Shown here: in pieces, positions 27,373-43,582 of the stretch
Layout of the letters: the number at the start of each line of letters is the position of its first letter
Position numbering within the stretch: the first letter of the stretch is position 1
Source: the human T2T-CHM13v2.0 reference genome, Homo sapiens
Assembly (NCBI RefSeq): GCF_009914755.1
Contig: NC_060939.1
DNA length: 64,000 nt
Direction: 5' to 3' (one strand)
Position numbers and translations under genes: made by a program
Notes under the pieces: generated by a model
Told to the model about the DNA's origin: nothing
The model's database searches: none
The model's input: the letters and a program-made list of their open reading frames with translations, nothing else

Positions 27373-29980
27373 TAACCTAATTATGTGGAAGTGTGAGACT
27401 CCGGAGGGGTTAAAATCTAGAGTGAGCCCTAAATGGTTGAGGGGCGGGAAAAGAATTACAAACAAGAACATATACAATGGAAAATTAGAATAAGCACACA
27501 CAAGCCTACAATTTTCCAAGTCTTCCTAGTCATAGTTTCTTGCTTCCGAAAAACTTGTTTCATTCATTAAGGACATATATTAACTGTTTGCTACCTGATA
27601 TTTTAATGCCTTGCCTTGGCTATTTTTAATCCTTGCTATTGCCTCATTGCAGGCGGTGGTCATCATTTAAGTGTTTCTTTAGGTTAAATAATTATGTAGA
27701 AAGTAACGCACTGCAATATTTGTAACTCACTGCCTAAGATGGAAAGGAGACCCTGAGCCACTCCAAACACACAGGGACCCTCATGAGGCATCATCCCATT
27801 ACTGTCCCTGTTCGCTTCCCCACTGTTATTATAGCAACTGTGCTCTCATGGTCTAACCCAAATTCCTAGCAGTATAGTACAAACCCACTTTCTCCTCTTT
27901 TGTCTTCAGTAGTGATGGGAGCAGCTTGTGACACATACAAAAAGTTTTGTTATATCCTTTCCTTGGACTTTTATTCTTCCACTGAAATCATGTGCATTCT
28001 TTTTAGCTTATTTTCAGACATTATATAACATTGCTACTTTCTTTCCAATTTTCCTGTTATTTTGATGCTCTCTTTTAAAACAATAGAATTGCTTGTTTTA
28101 AAATCATTATAACTAATAACAAAAATAGTTATTCTGGCTGATTTCATTTTTAGTTTTCCTCTCATGGCGTCAAGCAGGAGTCCATCTGTGTGCCATTGGT
28201 GAAATGGTGGTGTTTACTTTGGTTTTCATTCAAACACATATCAGAGCCAGCCATTCAGTCTGAGTGCATCCTGCCTTCTATTCCTTCAGCAGGCGAACAT
28301 GAAAGCAGAGTCTCCACGCCCGTCTCCAGACAAACAGCCTATCGCTGCCTGAAATCGGTGCTTTGATTCTCAAATGCAGCTACTGGGCAACTCACAGTCC
28401 CCTGCGTACTGAAGGCAGTTTCCTAGGCAGACCACCGGCACAGCCCAGACTGCAGGGGCCTGTGAGCGGACGAACCTCTGAAGTTATGTGGCTGCTGTCC
28501 CGAGTGGTGTACACGTTTCTCACCGCATTCATCCCTAAGAATATCTCATGGAGACAATCTTTCCTGGGAGACAGGTCACGCAGCGGTTGCAATAGGTGTG
28601 ACAAGCTTCCAAGCTATGTGTCGCACTGCAAATATGTGGGCATTAAGGAGTGTGTTTTCCTGGCTCCAGACCCGAAAACTAACTCTGCCCAAGATAACTA
28701 GCTGCCCCAGGACTCAGGGCAAACAAACAAACATGCTGCCCGGCCAATGCTGTGTCCTTTCTGCTCTAGCGAGAGAAGCTCCTGTTAAAACACAAACACA
28801 ATCTTGTTGGATAGTAGGGGATTGTCGCAAACTCACACACAGCAGACGGTCAAAGTGGAGGCATATTTTCTTTAGTGAATAAGAGATTCTTTTCCTCCTT
28901 CTATTTTCATTCTTTGGGCTGTCGATGAGGATGAAAAAGAAGCAAGACATGATCTGCTTTTTCCATTCCCATTCTTAGCAAGGGCAGTGGCAAATAATTG
29001 GTCTCTCTAGAGCGTAGCATATTAAATATTAACTACCAAATAAGAACAGAAAGTCTCTTTCCAGCCCCATGATTCTGCCTAACACAAAAAAGTAGTTAAC
29101 ATTTTTTCAGATCTTTTGCTGTGTCAGGCACCCACGCTAAATAAGTACTTGGTATACATTATATCATTTAATTTTCACCACAACCTTTTCAGGTAGTATT
29201 ACTGTTATTCCCATTTTACAGATAGGGAAGTTGAGGCCGGTCGAGTATAGGAAATTTGCTCAAGTTCTCACAGCTGGTAAGCTATAGAGATGAGCTTTGA
29301 ATCAGCATTTGTAACCATACTCTAGTCAGGACTTGAACAGTGTACTAGAATAGAGCATGTACACAGATAGGACACATTGGGTTCTATTCACCAGTCATAA
29401 ATCTTCACTGAAGAACTTATGCTGTAAAAATAGGTTTCATATCCTGCCAGTTTCTCTAACTGAAGGAAAATTCCAGAATCTGATGGGCTTTGTGGTTCTA
29501 TGGACCAATGAAAGGCACCAGGCTGCAGAGAACAGGTTCCAGCTTGAATGGTGCATGGACGTTTCTCCTGTCTGTATCTCTCACCAAGTGAACTCACATG
29601 ACAGCTGCAATGGCTGTGGGAGGGTGGGTATTCCAAACTGCTCAGGTTTTAGCCTTGAGGTGGACATTAATCTTCTTGAGCTGTAAGACAGATGCCCCCT
29701 TATTCTAAATTAATACATTTTATACAATTGAAGATTAATAGATATCAATCAATCCATACCTACAGAGTATGTATCCGGCATTCAAAGTCTTGCTGGATTC
29801 TGTAGAAGATAAAAAAATATATACACAACATGGCTTCTGGTGTGAATTTAGCCATTAGCAAGAAGGAGAGGACTCGAGGTTCCATGGCCACTCTAAGCTG
29901 TTCCCAATTCCTGGGGCCAGTCACCCATAAAGGCACATTTTGCTTTTTGTTTCAGCAAGACCATAATCAATGGTATACAA

Positions 29981-30765
<785 letters not shown>

Positions 30766-31449
30766 ATCATTATGTAGGGTGTGGGCACAGGCAGCTTGCA
30801 TGGCTTAACATCAGCCTATGACCATGTATTGGTAAAAATATAGAGATGTGGTATGACTCTGGGTGCCCTACAAGGCAGCTACCTGAATGGCAGGATTTGA
30901 GAAGCATGATGAGGTCCTCCTGCCCCAAATTATCTCCCTTTCACTGGCTCCTCACGGTGCAAGAGCCTGATGATTAGTTTAATCTTTGGATGAAGACACT
31001 GAATGCTCCAATTTAAATTCAGATTTATTGATCATCCTTTAAATAAACTTGTATTAAGTGACATAAATGTGCAAGACTTGGAGCTAGGAACATAACTGTG
31101 AATAAGAGAGAATAATAGAACAATTGATTAGTCAGTAGTTTCCTGAGAGAATGGAAAATAGGATAAGCAAGTGTTGATTGTATGGAGTGGCAGAAAAAGT
31201 CTAAAGAGGATATTATCAAGGCCTAATTCAGGCCAAACTAGAGGTGGCCAGCGTGGAATGACTTGAGGGATATCTGGAATTCTCATCTGGGGAAAAATAG
31301 TATCTTTGAAAACTCAAATGAGAAAATTCACTTCTTCTAGTTATTCAATTCTTTTAAAATGAAAATATGCCTCCTTCTCCCTATCAGTATAAAGACCACT
31401 ATCAGAACTATTGGATATTCCTGCCTGCTGTGTCATTCAGGACTCAACA

Positions 31450-31820
31450 GAATACACACACACACACACACACCCCACACACACATACCGATTTACTGCA
31501 AGAAATTATGCAACAGGGAGGCTAGGCATGTACAAATCTGTAGGGCCAGTTAGCTGTCAAGAAGGGCAAGCTGGAAACTCCTGGGCAGGAGACGATGTTG
31601 CAGCCTTCAGGCAAAATATCTGCTTCTGCAGAGAAACCTCAGTTTCAACTAATTAGATCAGGCCCACCCAGATTATCCAGGATAATCTCCTTTACCTTAA
31701 ATTGACTGATAGTAGATATTAATCACATCTACAAGATGCTTTCACGACATGCCTGGATTAGTGCTTGGTTGAATAACTGGAGATCATAGCTTAGCCAAGA
31801 TGAGACATAAAACTGACCAG
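31450..31820. mobile_element. MLT2 (ERVL) LTR with (CA)n
   Basis: ggcaagctggaaactc ... tagatcaggcccacccagattatccaggataatctcc ... gccaagatgagacataaaactgacca. Confidence 0.7.
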
Positions 31821-32394
31821 TGCATTACTTTATTGTAAATTTGTCAACTTCTCCTTCCCTAAAATGTTTTATAAATTAAAAAAATTCAACACCTAGGGAC
31901 TAAAAAATGAAAAGAAAAATACAGAGCAGTAAGATAGAAAGAGAAAGCTGGTCAAGAGGTGGGGAATGGAAGGAAGAGAGACAAGGAAAGCCTGGAAACT
32001 GCCACAGAGAGACATGCAAAATTAGAGAGGGGTGAGGCCCAGGGACAGGAACAGAGAGGAAAGGGTGACTGTTCCGGAGTCTAACTGCTCTTATCACTAA
32101 CTTTAAATTAGGAATTCGAGAAATAATCATTATTCATAACTCTTCATTTTCCTTATTCTTGGTGCTGAATGGAATCGCTGTCTGAGTTTGCCAGGTAGGA
32201 AAATATAACTCTTGGAGCTCAAGTGACTGGAAACTTACTAACTTTAAATCCTAGCTGGAGCTGGCCTCTGGGATACAGCTTCCCCATTCCTGCACTCTCT
32301 GTTGAGACAGGTTTGGTTCTTGCAAGTTTGCCTAGGGAAAATGTGACCTGTCTCTTCTTTTGGTCAAGGTCTCGAGCTCTGTCGTCAGACCGTG

Positions 32395-32680
32395 CGGAAG
32401 GAATCCTTTAGGATGGTCCCAGTGAACTCCACCTCTTGATATTCATGCCCTTTGTGTTATCTCATCACTGTTAGTGTGGGCTGAGGCTAATGATTTGCTT
32501 CTTATGAATACAATATGGCAGAGTGATGTGATATCACTTCTGCAATTAGGTTTGCATCTTGCTTTCACTCTCTGTCTGTCTGAATCTTCCCATGTACTTG
32601 TTTTAGTGAAGCAAGCTGCTATGTTGTAAGTCACCTTATGGAGCGGCCCATGTGATAAGGAACCAAGGATGGCAAATGAC
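32395..32680. mobile_element. MLT1 LTR fragment followed by MIR (about 32680-32820)
   Basis: ggatggtcccagtgaactccacctcttgatattcatgccc...; MIR core ctcatttgtaaaacgtggacagtaataat. Confidence 0.6.
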
Positions 32681-33375
32681 TTGAGTTCTGTGCCTCAGTT
32701 AACTCATTTGTAAAACGTGGACAGTAATAATAATACTGACCGCATAGGGCTATTGGACTAAATGACTTAATACATGTAACCAGAATAGTGCCTGGCACAC
32801 AGGAAATGTTAACTTAATACTACTACTACTACAGATACTGCTCTACTATTATCATTCAAAGTTCAGAGAAAGATCACCATGTATATCCTTCTAGAGAAAA
32901 GCACAATGTTACTGCTGGGCAATTAAGAATAAATGCTGCCTCTTAGGGATTTAGTCTTAAATTTTCAACATCAGCTTCCCAAGCTTCTGCTAGCTTCATG
33001 CAATTCTAATCTTGGAATGGCAATGTCCTCGTACATAGATGGCCCCTGAGAGCCCAGTGCCTTGCTGAGCCCAGAATATTCAAAAAGATTTCCAAAGTAT
33101 TTGGAAAATATCTTCCACAGATATCTTTTCCCATTTGTTCTTTTTATCACTTTGTGATTTTTACCCAAGGATTTTCAGTGCCTGGTCAGGGAGTTACCTA
33201 CTAAAAAAAATAGACAGGACGTCTGGCCTCAGAGACTGGCGAGGAATCACTTAAATGGAATGCTGAGCAGAGACTGCACCTGCCCTGTCATTGATCTACT
33301 CCAGAATCTTGCAGTGCTTTTGCCTCAAGGGATTCTGACTGGGCTGCAGGGAATGGAGGTGTCAGACCAAACTGA

Positions 33376-33745
<370 letters not shown>

Positions 33746-34337
33746 TACCCTCTCTACTTTCTAAGCTGTCTTTTTAGGAATGAATGAATGAATGAATGAA
33801 TGCCTCAATGATATCATTAACACATCTGTTATGACGAGAGGAAGCTTCAGGTAATGAGTATATTTGATTTTTTAAAAACCTGCCAAAAGGTAACAGATGG
33901 AATGTTAAGTAATAGCTAAATAAGCCTTGCAATTTGGCAGAAATGGGCCTGAACTCAGAGTTCAAGGAATTCTTCTACTTCTAGAGATCCAAGAATGCCA
34001 TAAATGTACCGTCTGTTGACCAAGGCAGGGAAGCCGTCACTCAAGTGGATTTCAATCTATTCTCTTTTGTCCCTTCCCAAACTGCTCTCCATAAGCTTGC
34101 AGCAGTTGCTGTGTAGCCTTAGAAGTAGTATCCATAGCTGTGTTGATAATGAGGAAGAATAAACAACCTCTAAATACAAGTGCTTTGGATCAATCTGTAG
34201 GATCTAATTTGACTATCTCAAATCTAAAGTAATTAAAAGAGTGTTTTTTTCTTCTCTGCTTGAACTGGAGACATTAAAGCATAGTGATTTGGTTTGGCTT
34301 TAAAATTAGATAGACTAGGGTTTAAATCCCAGTTTAG

Positions 34338-34662
<325 letters not shown>

Positions 34663-35379
34663 GAGAACCCTTAGGGAGATTTCTTAACCCTTACTCTCAG
34701 TCTCCTCATCTGTAAAATGGCAGTAAAAATGCCTACTTCACAGGGTTGTTGATAGCTATTATCATGACATGAGAGAGAATATTTAACATGGAAGGGCAGG
34801 GCAGGGATAGAGAGAGGATGAAAGCTGGATCTACCTCTGGAAGTGATGATTTTTGAAGAATGGCATTGCCACTCAGTAAAGCACTTTGCCTAGTCCAGCA
34901 TAACTGAGGGGTTGCATGAAGCAGCAGTCCCGGCCCCAGGCCTTCCACATGACAACCAGCATCTCAATCAGGGGAGCTCTTGGGCCCAATCATTGTATCT
35001 TTGCCTCTGTTCTGCGAGCCTAAAAAGAAATCATCCCATAGGGCTAAGCTTAATCTTGTTTACTCATGGGAGCTCCTTCTGACCACCTCAGCCAGTGGTA
35101 GTCTCCCTGGACACTCAACTTCTACTCCACTCCCTGGACACTCAACTTGCATTGCTGCTTACTTTACTGTACTATGTTCATATTTTGTCTTTGAAACTAA
35201 GCTGCAGTTCCTTGAGAGAGGTAGATTTTTATCTTATTTGAATCACTGCCAGTGATAGTATACTCATTACCTGAAGCTTCCTTTCCTTATAACAGGTGTG
35301 TTAAATATACCATTTTTATGTTCTTTGAATCACTCCCAGTATTCACAAATGCTAAGAACTGTGCTCCCCAAATTGGTCT

Positions 35380-36326
<947 letters not shown>

Positions 36327-37438
36327 TCAATTCTTCAATCATCCTCTTAAATTTGTTTTTAAATTTTACTTTCCTTTTTTAAATAAGAAAATTGAGACAA
36401 GGCAAGGTTAGGTATCTTACTCAGGTTCACAAAGCTAAACAGTGTTGGTGCCAGGATTCAAAGCAAAGGGTTCCAAATTGAAGAGACTCTGAAATGTGCT
36501 GATCCAGGTAGGTACTCTGCCCATTGGATGAGAATCTTAGCTTCCTTGCAGAAGTCCTTGGCAAAGCTCAATTTCTCTCATTAACTCCTGAATCCTGTCT
36601 TTGTGTTGAAGTGTTTTAGGTCTAGATAACCTTTGTCTGTTGTTTGAAGGCATCTCTTTATCAGAAGTGTTAGTTTTTTTTGCTTTGTTTTGTTTTGTTT
36701 TTCACACACCAAACTCAGTTGTGGAAGCCAGTAGAGGGGCAATGCGGCAGGGAGAAGTGTGTGTCCTGATGTCTTGACTGAGTGACTCATTATTTCTGCT
36801 GGTTCCTTTGCCAGTGTCAGTCATTGTTCCTCCAAGGATGGTGGTAGCAATAATAGAGATAGAAAGGCTGGGAGGAAGGAGAAGCCAGTAGGTCTGGAAA
36901 AGGGGAGCTCATGGGGAGGGTACTTACTTACAGGATAAATTCTGTTTTAGTCATGTTGCATTTGAAGAAATGGTGATACACACAGTTGGAAGTCTCCATC
37001 GTACAGTTAGAAAAGTAAATCTATAACTTGGAAGACCTGGCAATAAAGATCTGAGCATAGAGACTGTGGTGGCTAAAGTCATGAAAGAGGATAAGATGAG
37101 TTTGCAGAAAATGAAGGAGGTTCAAATTTGGAATCTTAGGGAATGTCCATTTCTGATATCAGGATGAGAAAGAGAGTTCATCAAATGAAATCAAGAAGGA
37201 AGGGTCAGAGAGGTAGAAGAGTCTGGATAGTGCTAGGACCTGGACCCCAAGGATGGGGAGTAGTTTCAATAAATAGTAATGAACCAACAGGGCCAAATAC
37301 TGAAAGGGTTGAGAAGAACAAGAATCACAATTAAAGAGTGCTTAAGGTGTCTCAGCGTTTGAGGCCATAGACTATAATGTTGTGGTAGAAACTAAGAAGT
37401 GGAAGGATATGAAAAATGTGAAGTAATGTGTAAGTCAT

Positions 37439-37816
37439 TGAAATGGTTTGGCTGTGTCCTCACCTAAATCTCATCTTGAATTGCAACTCCCACAATCCCC
37501 ACGTGTCATGGGAGGAACCTGGTGGGAGGGGATTGAATTGTGGGGGCAGGTCTTTCCTGTGCTGTTCTCATGATAGTGAATGAATCTCACGAGATCTGAT
37601 GGTTTTAAAAACGAGAATTTCCCTGCACAACTCTCTCTCTTTGCCTGCTGCCATCCATGTAAGACGTGACTTGCTTCTCCTTGCCTTCTGTTATGATTGT
37701 GAGGCCTCCCCAGCCACCTGGAACTGTAAGTCCATTAAACCTTTTTTTTCCTTTTTTTTGTAAATTGCCCAGTCTCAGGTATGTCTTTATCAGCAGCGTG
37801 AAAATGGACTAGTACA
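37439..37816 (+). mobile_element. THE1 solo LTR
   Basis: TG...CA ends (tgaaatggtttggctgtgtcc ... ggactagtaca) with a 5-bp TSD gtcat (37434-37438 / 37817-37821). Confidence 0.95.
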
Positions 37817-40367
37817 GTCATGCAATTTAGTAATTTAATATTTTATGTTTGTAAAGGGCTATCCTAAAACCACCTCAACATGAGATTCACCAATCCCAAA
37901 ACCTCCTCAACACACTGCTTTTACGTGTAATAAGTACTTAAGTGAGTGAAGTGATTAAGCTCAACCTTAATTTTATTTTCCTTTTTGTTGTTGTTGTTGT
38001 CTGTTGTTATAGTTTTAAAGAATAGTCAATAATCCCTTAGGGAACAAGCACTCTAGGTGGTCACTAGCGAATTCTCACACATGTGTTAGCCATTTTTAAA
38101 AGAATTAGACTACAGCAAATTCACTAAACATTATAACTTTATAGAGGACAATATTTGATGATTAAGAAGACACTCCAGGATCTTGCTCTACGTCTGCGTC
38201 ATTACACTGAATTTAATTATGAAGAAAGCAGGGAAGATAAATACCAGACAAGGAGCCCAGAGATCTGGGCTTTGATCCCAGCTTTCATCAATTCAGTTCA
38301 CAGTTCACCTTAGGGGGCCTTAGTTTCCTCATCTTAGAGTGAGGGGTTGACTCTATTGGTGATTCCCAAATCCGTGCTGGTCTTGATGAGGTTTTCATCT
38401 CCTTTGCGGGAAAAGGAGAGAGAGTGAGTGATAAAGAGAGAGAGGCAGAGAAAGAAAGAGATTATGTAGTGAGTTATTCATAAAGTCAAATTTATTCTTA
38501 ATTCTAAGATTTGTCCTTTTTACTGTCTTATGTTAAAAAGTCCTTTCTTTTATACAATGGTAATAGCCATTAATTAGCAGTTTGATTATCAATGTGCTTA
38601 ATAGCAACATAAAAACATGGCAACCCCATGATACAGCTGAAAATTGTACATTTTTACTGGTCTATGCACTCATTGAACTTAGGTTCTACATTCTCAATTC
38701 TAGATTGTATGATAAGGTACAAATGTGGTAGTTTAAGGTCTCTGACTTCTGTTTGGACCTCAGATGAGAGCAACGGGAGCCACCCAGCAGCACTGCAGGC
38801 CTCCTGAACTTAGAGTCCACAGCATTCTGCCATGCATGTTGGCGACAACAGCAACATTCTGACAATGAATTGCAAGGCAGAGCTAACATCCTAGGACACT
38901 GGAGCTCTGATACTAAGAGAAATTGTGTGTCCTTTAGTGCAGAGAGAACAAGGATTTGCTTTGTTAGATTCCTTGAATTATTTTAAAGGAAATTTCACCA
39001 GCTCAAAGATACTGGAAATGAGATCTGCTCAGAACAGGCTGTAGGGACAAGTTGAACCTGGGAGTTGGCCATATAGTTACATATAGTTACCCTAGAACCA
39101 GCATAAAAGTCATTTACCTACATTTTTGCCTACTGAAATGTGGGTCTTACCCTGGCACCTGAAATAAATGACAAACAACTGTGTTCATCTCCTTTCCCAC
39201 TGTGTGCCCACCTATTTCAGCAGGAACTATTAAAACTGCAGCGAATCAGAGCAAATTGTTGCTGGCAGCAGCTTCAATAAATCTGTGCCACTGAATTACA
39301 GGAAGAATTAAAATGCAGAAATTAGAAGTCAAAGGCATTGAGTTTAGTGTGAGACTTATCTGATTAAGTATAGTTTCATAAGCCACTAGATCTCAATCTC
39401 ATAAAGCCCAAGGGAAAACCTGAGGGGGGTGGAAGGTGACAATTCCACCTTCCAGAGGAAGTCACAAATTTCAATATGCCATAGCAACAGAATACATCTC
39501 TCATTAAAGATGCAAACACAATACAGCTCAGAACAAACTCCCTAGGAAACAAACACAGAAAAGCAGTGTTGGTGTTCACCATTAACTTGCAACACATGAG
39601 ATCTGCCCGGAATGTTTTGCTTATTGGGGCAGGAAATCGTTTGCTGAAATCAGAAACATTGTGTCTCTTTTTGTGTGAGTAAAGGCCTCATAAAAGTCGA
39701 ATAAGAATAGAACTTTAAGAGAGGCAAGAATACAAATAGACCGGAAAGGCAGGCGTTGGAAACCAACACAAAGGAGGACAGGGACTGATCTGCAAGGAAT
39801 ATCTAGGTGTTTTGTGCTGAGCAGTTTTACCAGACATTCTGCTAAACATTCTAATCACCCAGTCATTTAATCTTTAAAATACACACAAAAGTGGGTATTT
39901 TCATAAAATGAAAACAGGCTTTGAGAGTTTAAATTATTTGCTCAGAATCATACAAATGGTAGACTTTTGCCCAGGACTCAAACTCTAGTGTTTCTAATGT
40001 CAAATGTCTAATTTCTAATGTCTAATACACAATGATTACAGTATAAATTTACTGTTAAACAGAGGCTGACCTGCAGGGAAATGCAAATAAACTACTATAA
40101 TGCTGGTGGCTTAATCTATTGCTTTAACAACCCTTTCCAACTGGAGACTCCTTGAAGATGAATTAGTTCAATGGACGGCACCTTGCAAAAGATCTGCCTC
40201 CTAGGCTTCTGCAAGTGTGCTCAGCTTGCCTCTATCTCTGCTGTGCCTCAGAGGCTGCCCCAGCCCCGCTGGGAGAAAGCCCCCTCTTTATTTAGTTTCC
40301 GGAGCCTTTCGCCAGAATGGCATATTAACTTTTGCCTTATAATGTAATCCTCCAATCTTAAAACATC

Positions 40368-40472
40368 AAAAGGAAAAAGAAGGAGAAGGTGAAAAAGAAG
40401 GAGTAGAGGAAGGAGAAAAAGAGGAAAAAGAAAGGAGGAAGAAGAAGAGGAAGAGGCGGAGAAGGAGGAGGC
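40368..40472. repeat. GA-rich low-complexity tract
   Basis: About 100 bp of near-pure purines. Confidence 0.9.
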
Positions 40473-42794
40473 GGTGGCAACGACGACATTTCCATGTGTT
40501 CAGCTTCAGGAAGGTATCAGTAAGTGGATCCTTGCCTGTGTTAAGCAGTTGCGATGTCCGTGGCTTTTATAAACAAGATAATGCACATATCATCAGAAAA
40601 AGAAAGATTTTTTTTTGTACCTGTTTCCTGTCTATTTTAGAAAGGAATCTGAATCAAGGATTTGTGGTATGGCTTCCAAGTTTTAGGACAAAGCTATATT
40701 AGTATACCAATTTAGTAGCTTATTATAAAGATCTTGGAAACAATTGATAATTTTTTCTTAACATTAAAAAATGACTTTTGTAAAATGTGTATACCATCTT
40801 TCCTACTGACACCAAATTAAAAGCAGGTGTAGTCTCAGGAGCTCTTTCTGTTCACAGGCTTCCCTGGTGAAAATAACTTCTTGCCTTGGAACACCTGAAC
40901 AAAAAGCAGAGAAAAGTGTTTTTTTTTCTTTTTGCTAATGAAAAACAAATAAATCTTCAGTCAGTATATAATAGTACTTGTGTATATGGTGAGATATTTT
41001 AAAAGATGGTAGCTAGCAGAGTCAGTTCCCTCAACTCTACAGTTCTTTGCATCATTCCCTTTTATATGTTCCTTAGGCAAATCCTGAGTCAATGCAGACC
41101 AAAGCCATGAGTGCAATTAATGGAAGAAATGCATTTTCAGCAAATGGATGGCTCCTATAGTTAGGAAGTGAGGCTGAAATGGATATTGGAGAAAGATTTA
41201 GTGTTGTGTAGAATTTAATATATTGCTAGTAACATGGGTGAAGGCTGTCTTTATCAAGTGTGACCTCTTAGCTTCTGTGTCTCCAAGCATGGGAAGTCCT
41301 AGCTTGTTAAAGCTTAAGCCTGCCTCCCCTATGGCTAAATGAACAAAGATGTATGAGACTTTTAACCAGAATGAAGGGGCCAGAGTCTTTGGACAGCAAA
41401 TGGAGTGAAGCTAACTGGCCCTCCTAGAACTGAATCCATATCCTTGGCCTCATTGAGACCACTTGGGCAACTGGCTACCATGAATAATACAACATAGCAA
41501 ATGAGATACTGACTTATATGAGTGTGGACATTTTCATTAGCATTTTAAAACTATAGCAATATTACTGTTAAAACACAAATAAGAGGCCCTCTTATGTGAG
41601 AAAATCCTTAGGACCAATACTTTGAGAACCTCCAGAGGAGAAAATAAATACATGAATTTTATTTCAATAATCAATATTGAATAACAATATTTCAATGTCA
41701 GGCCTTTAAAATTGTATATGTAAAAGGTATAAAAGTGCTATAATGATAAAAATGAAAAATTTCTGATTTGGCCCCCACTACAGGCTCTCCACCTGCTGTT
41801 GATATTGGCTGCAGAGTGCCCCAACATTCAAATACAGCAGGCTTTGAGGTCTGACTTTGAACCATGCCAGTATCCCAAAGGTATTTGATTTCCCTGTTGT
41901 GTGCACCTAATTGAAGTCATAATAATGGCTGATAGCTTTCTCCAGAGGTTTAGAAACCTGGGAGGCTTTGGGTTTTTCTTTCAAAATGTAGTAGCTACAG
42001 TACCCTCTAAGACCTAAGGTCCAAGTCCTCCGGCTCTCTACTAAGAGTAACTGGTCTTGAGAGAGACTCAGTTTAAAATATAGGCTGTGTGGAAGCAAAC
42101 CCAATGTGTATGGGGTATGGGGGCATGGAGGTGGTGTATGAACCTGATGTTTTCCACTTTGCTGTTCTAGAAGCAAGGCACTATAGTGGAGAAAGTACTG
42201 AAAAGTATTGAGATTGTTTTACTCCAAGTAAGAGGAGATTGTGTGACTCCTTTTACTAGATGTATGAATTTAGACAAGTAACTTACTATTAGTTTATTCT
42301 CTCCCGGTCTTAATGGGTGAACTAATAGCAAAACAAGTATCAAAGCACAGTGTCTGAACTACTATTTATCTGTACCTGTAAGACTACAGCATCATTATTG
42401 GTGCATCTTTGGGAAATCTTAGAGAATGGAAGAAGTACCAATAGATTTCAAATAGAAGTAAATGTCCACCTTCCCCAGTTTACAGTCTGAAACAACAGCC
42501 TGAGACTCTTTTATACGCTGAGCTCCAGAACAATCTTAGATTTTGATAATTAAACAGCTTACTTTTGGGAACTCTAAAGGAACACAAAGACCATCAGGAA
42601 TCCAAGTGGATGCACCAATGGTGTTACAGAACTCCATTCTTACTTCTTTTGTGGTAGGGTTATTTGACTGATGCGGGAGGTGGTGTCCCAGGTTACATAT
42701 CTGTATTTCAGTAAAGTATGTAAGAAAGGCATTTATAGTAGCCCTATGAACAAGAAGAAATTTGGGCTGCAAAATAATATATTTATGTAGGTTA

Positions 42795-42945
42795 TTTTTT
42801 AATTATAACTTTTATTTTAGGTTCAAGGGTACATATGTAGGTTTGTTACATAAGTAAACTGCATGTCATGGAGGTTTTGTGTACAGATTATTTTGTCACG
42901 CAGGTAATAAGCATAGTACTCAATAGGTATTATTTTTCTGACTTA
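42795..42945 (-). mobile_element. L1P 3'-end fragment
   Basis: ttttattttaggttcaagggtacatatgtaggtttgttacataagtaaactgcatgtc. Confidence 0.75.
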
Positions 42946-42966
42946 GGTAAGTTCTTGATCATTAAA

Positions 42967-43104
42967 TAAGCATAATCAAAAGTATGAAAGTTAATCCAAC
43001 AGGGCCTCTATTAGTATTCTGAAGGTATGCCATATTAAGCATAATCAAAAGTATGAAAGTTAATCCAAGAGGGCCTCTATTAGTATTCTGAAGGTATGCC
43101 ATAT
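42967..43104. repeat. 69-bp tandem duplication (2 copies, 1 mismatch)
   Basis: 42967-43035 and 43036-43104 differ only at caaCagg / caaGagg. Confidence 0.97.
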
Positions 43105-43177
43105 CACAGGTTAGTAATAATTAGCACCTTGCCTGGCATACTCTAGCTTTAAAAATACCTTAAAGGTTCACATATAG

Positions 43178-43582
<405 letters not shown>

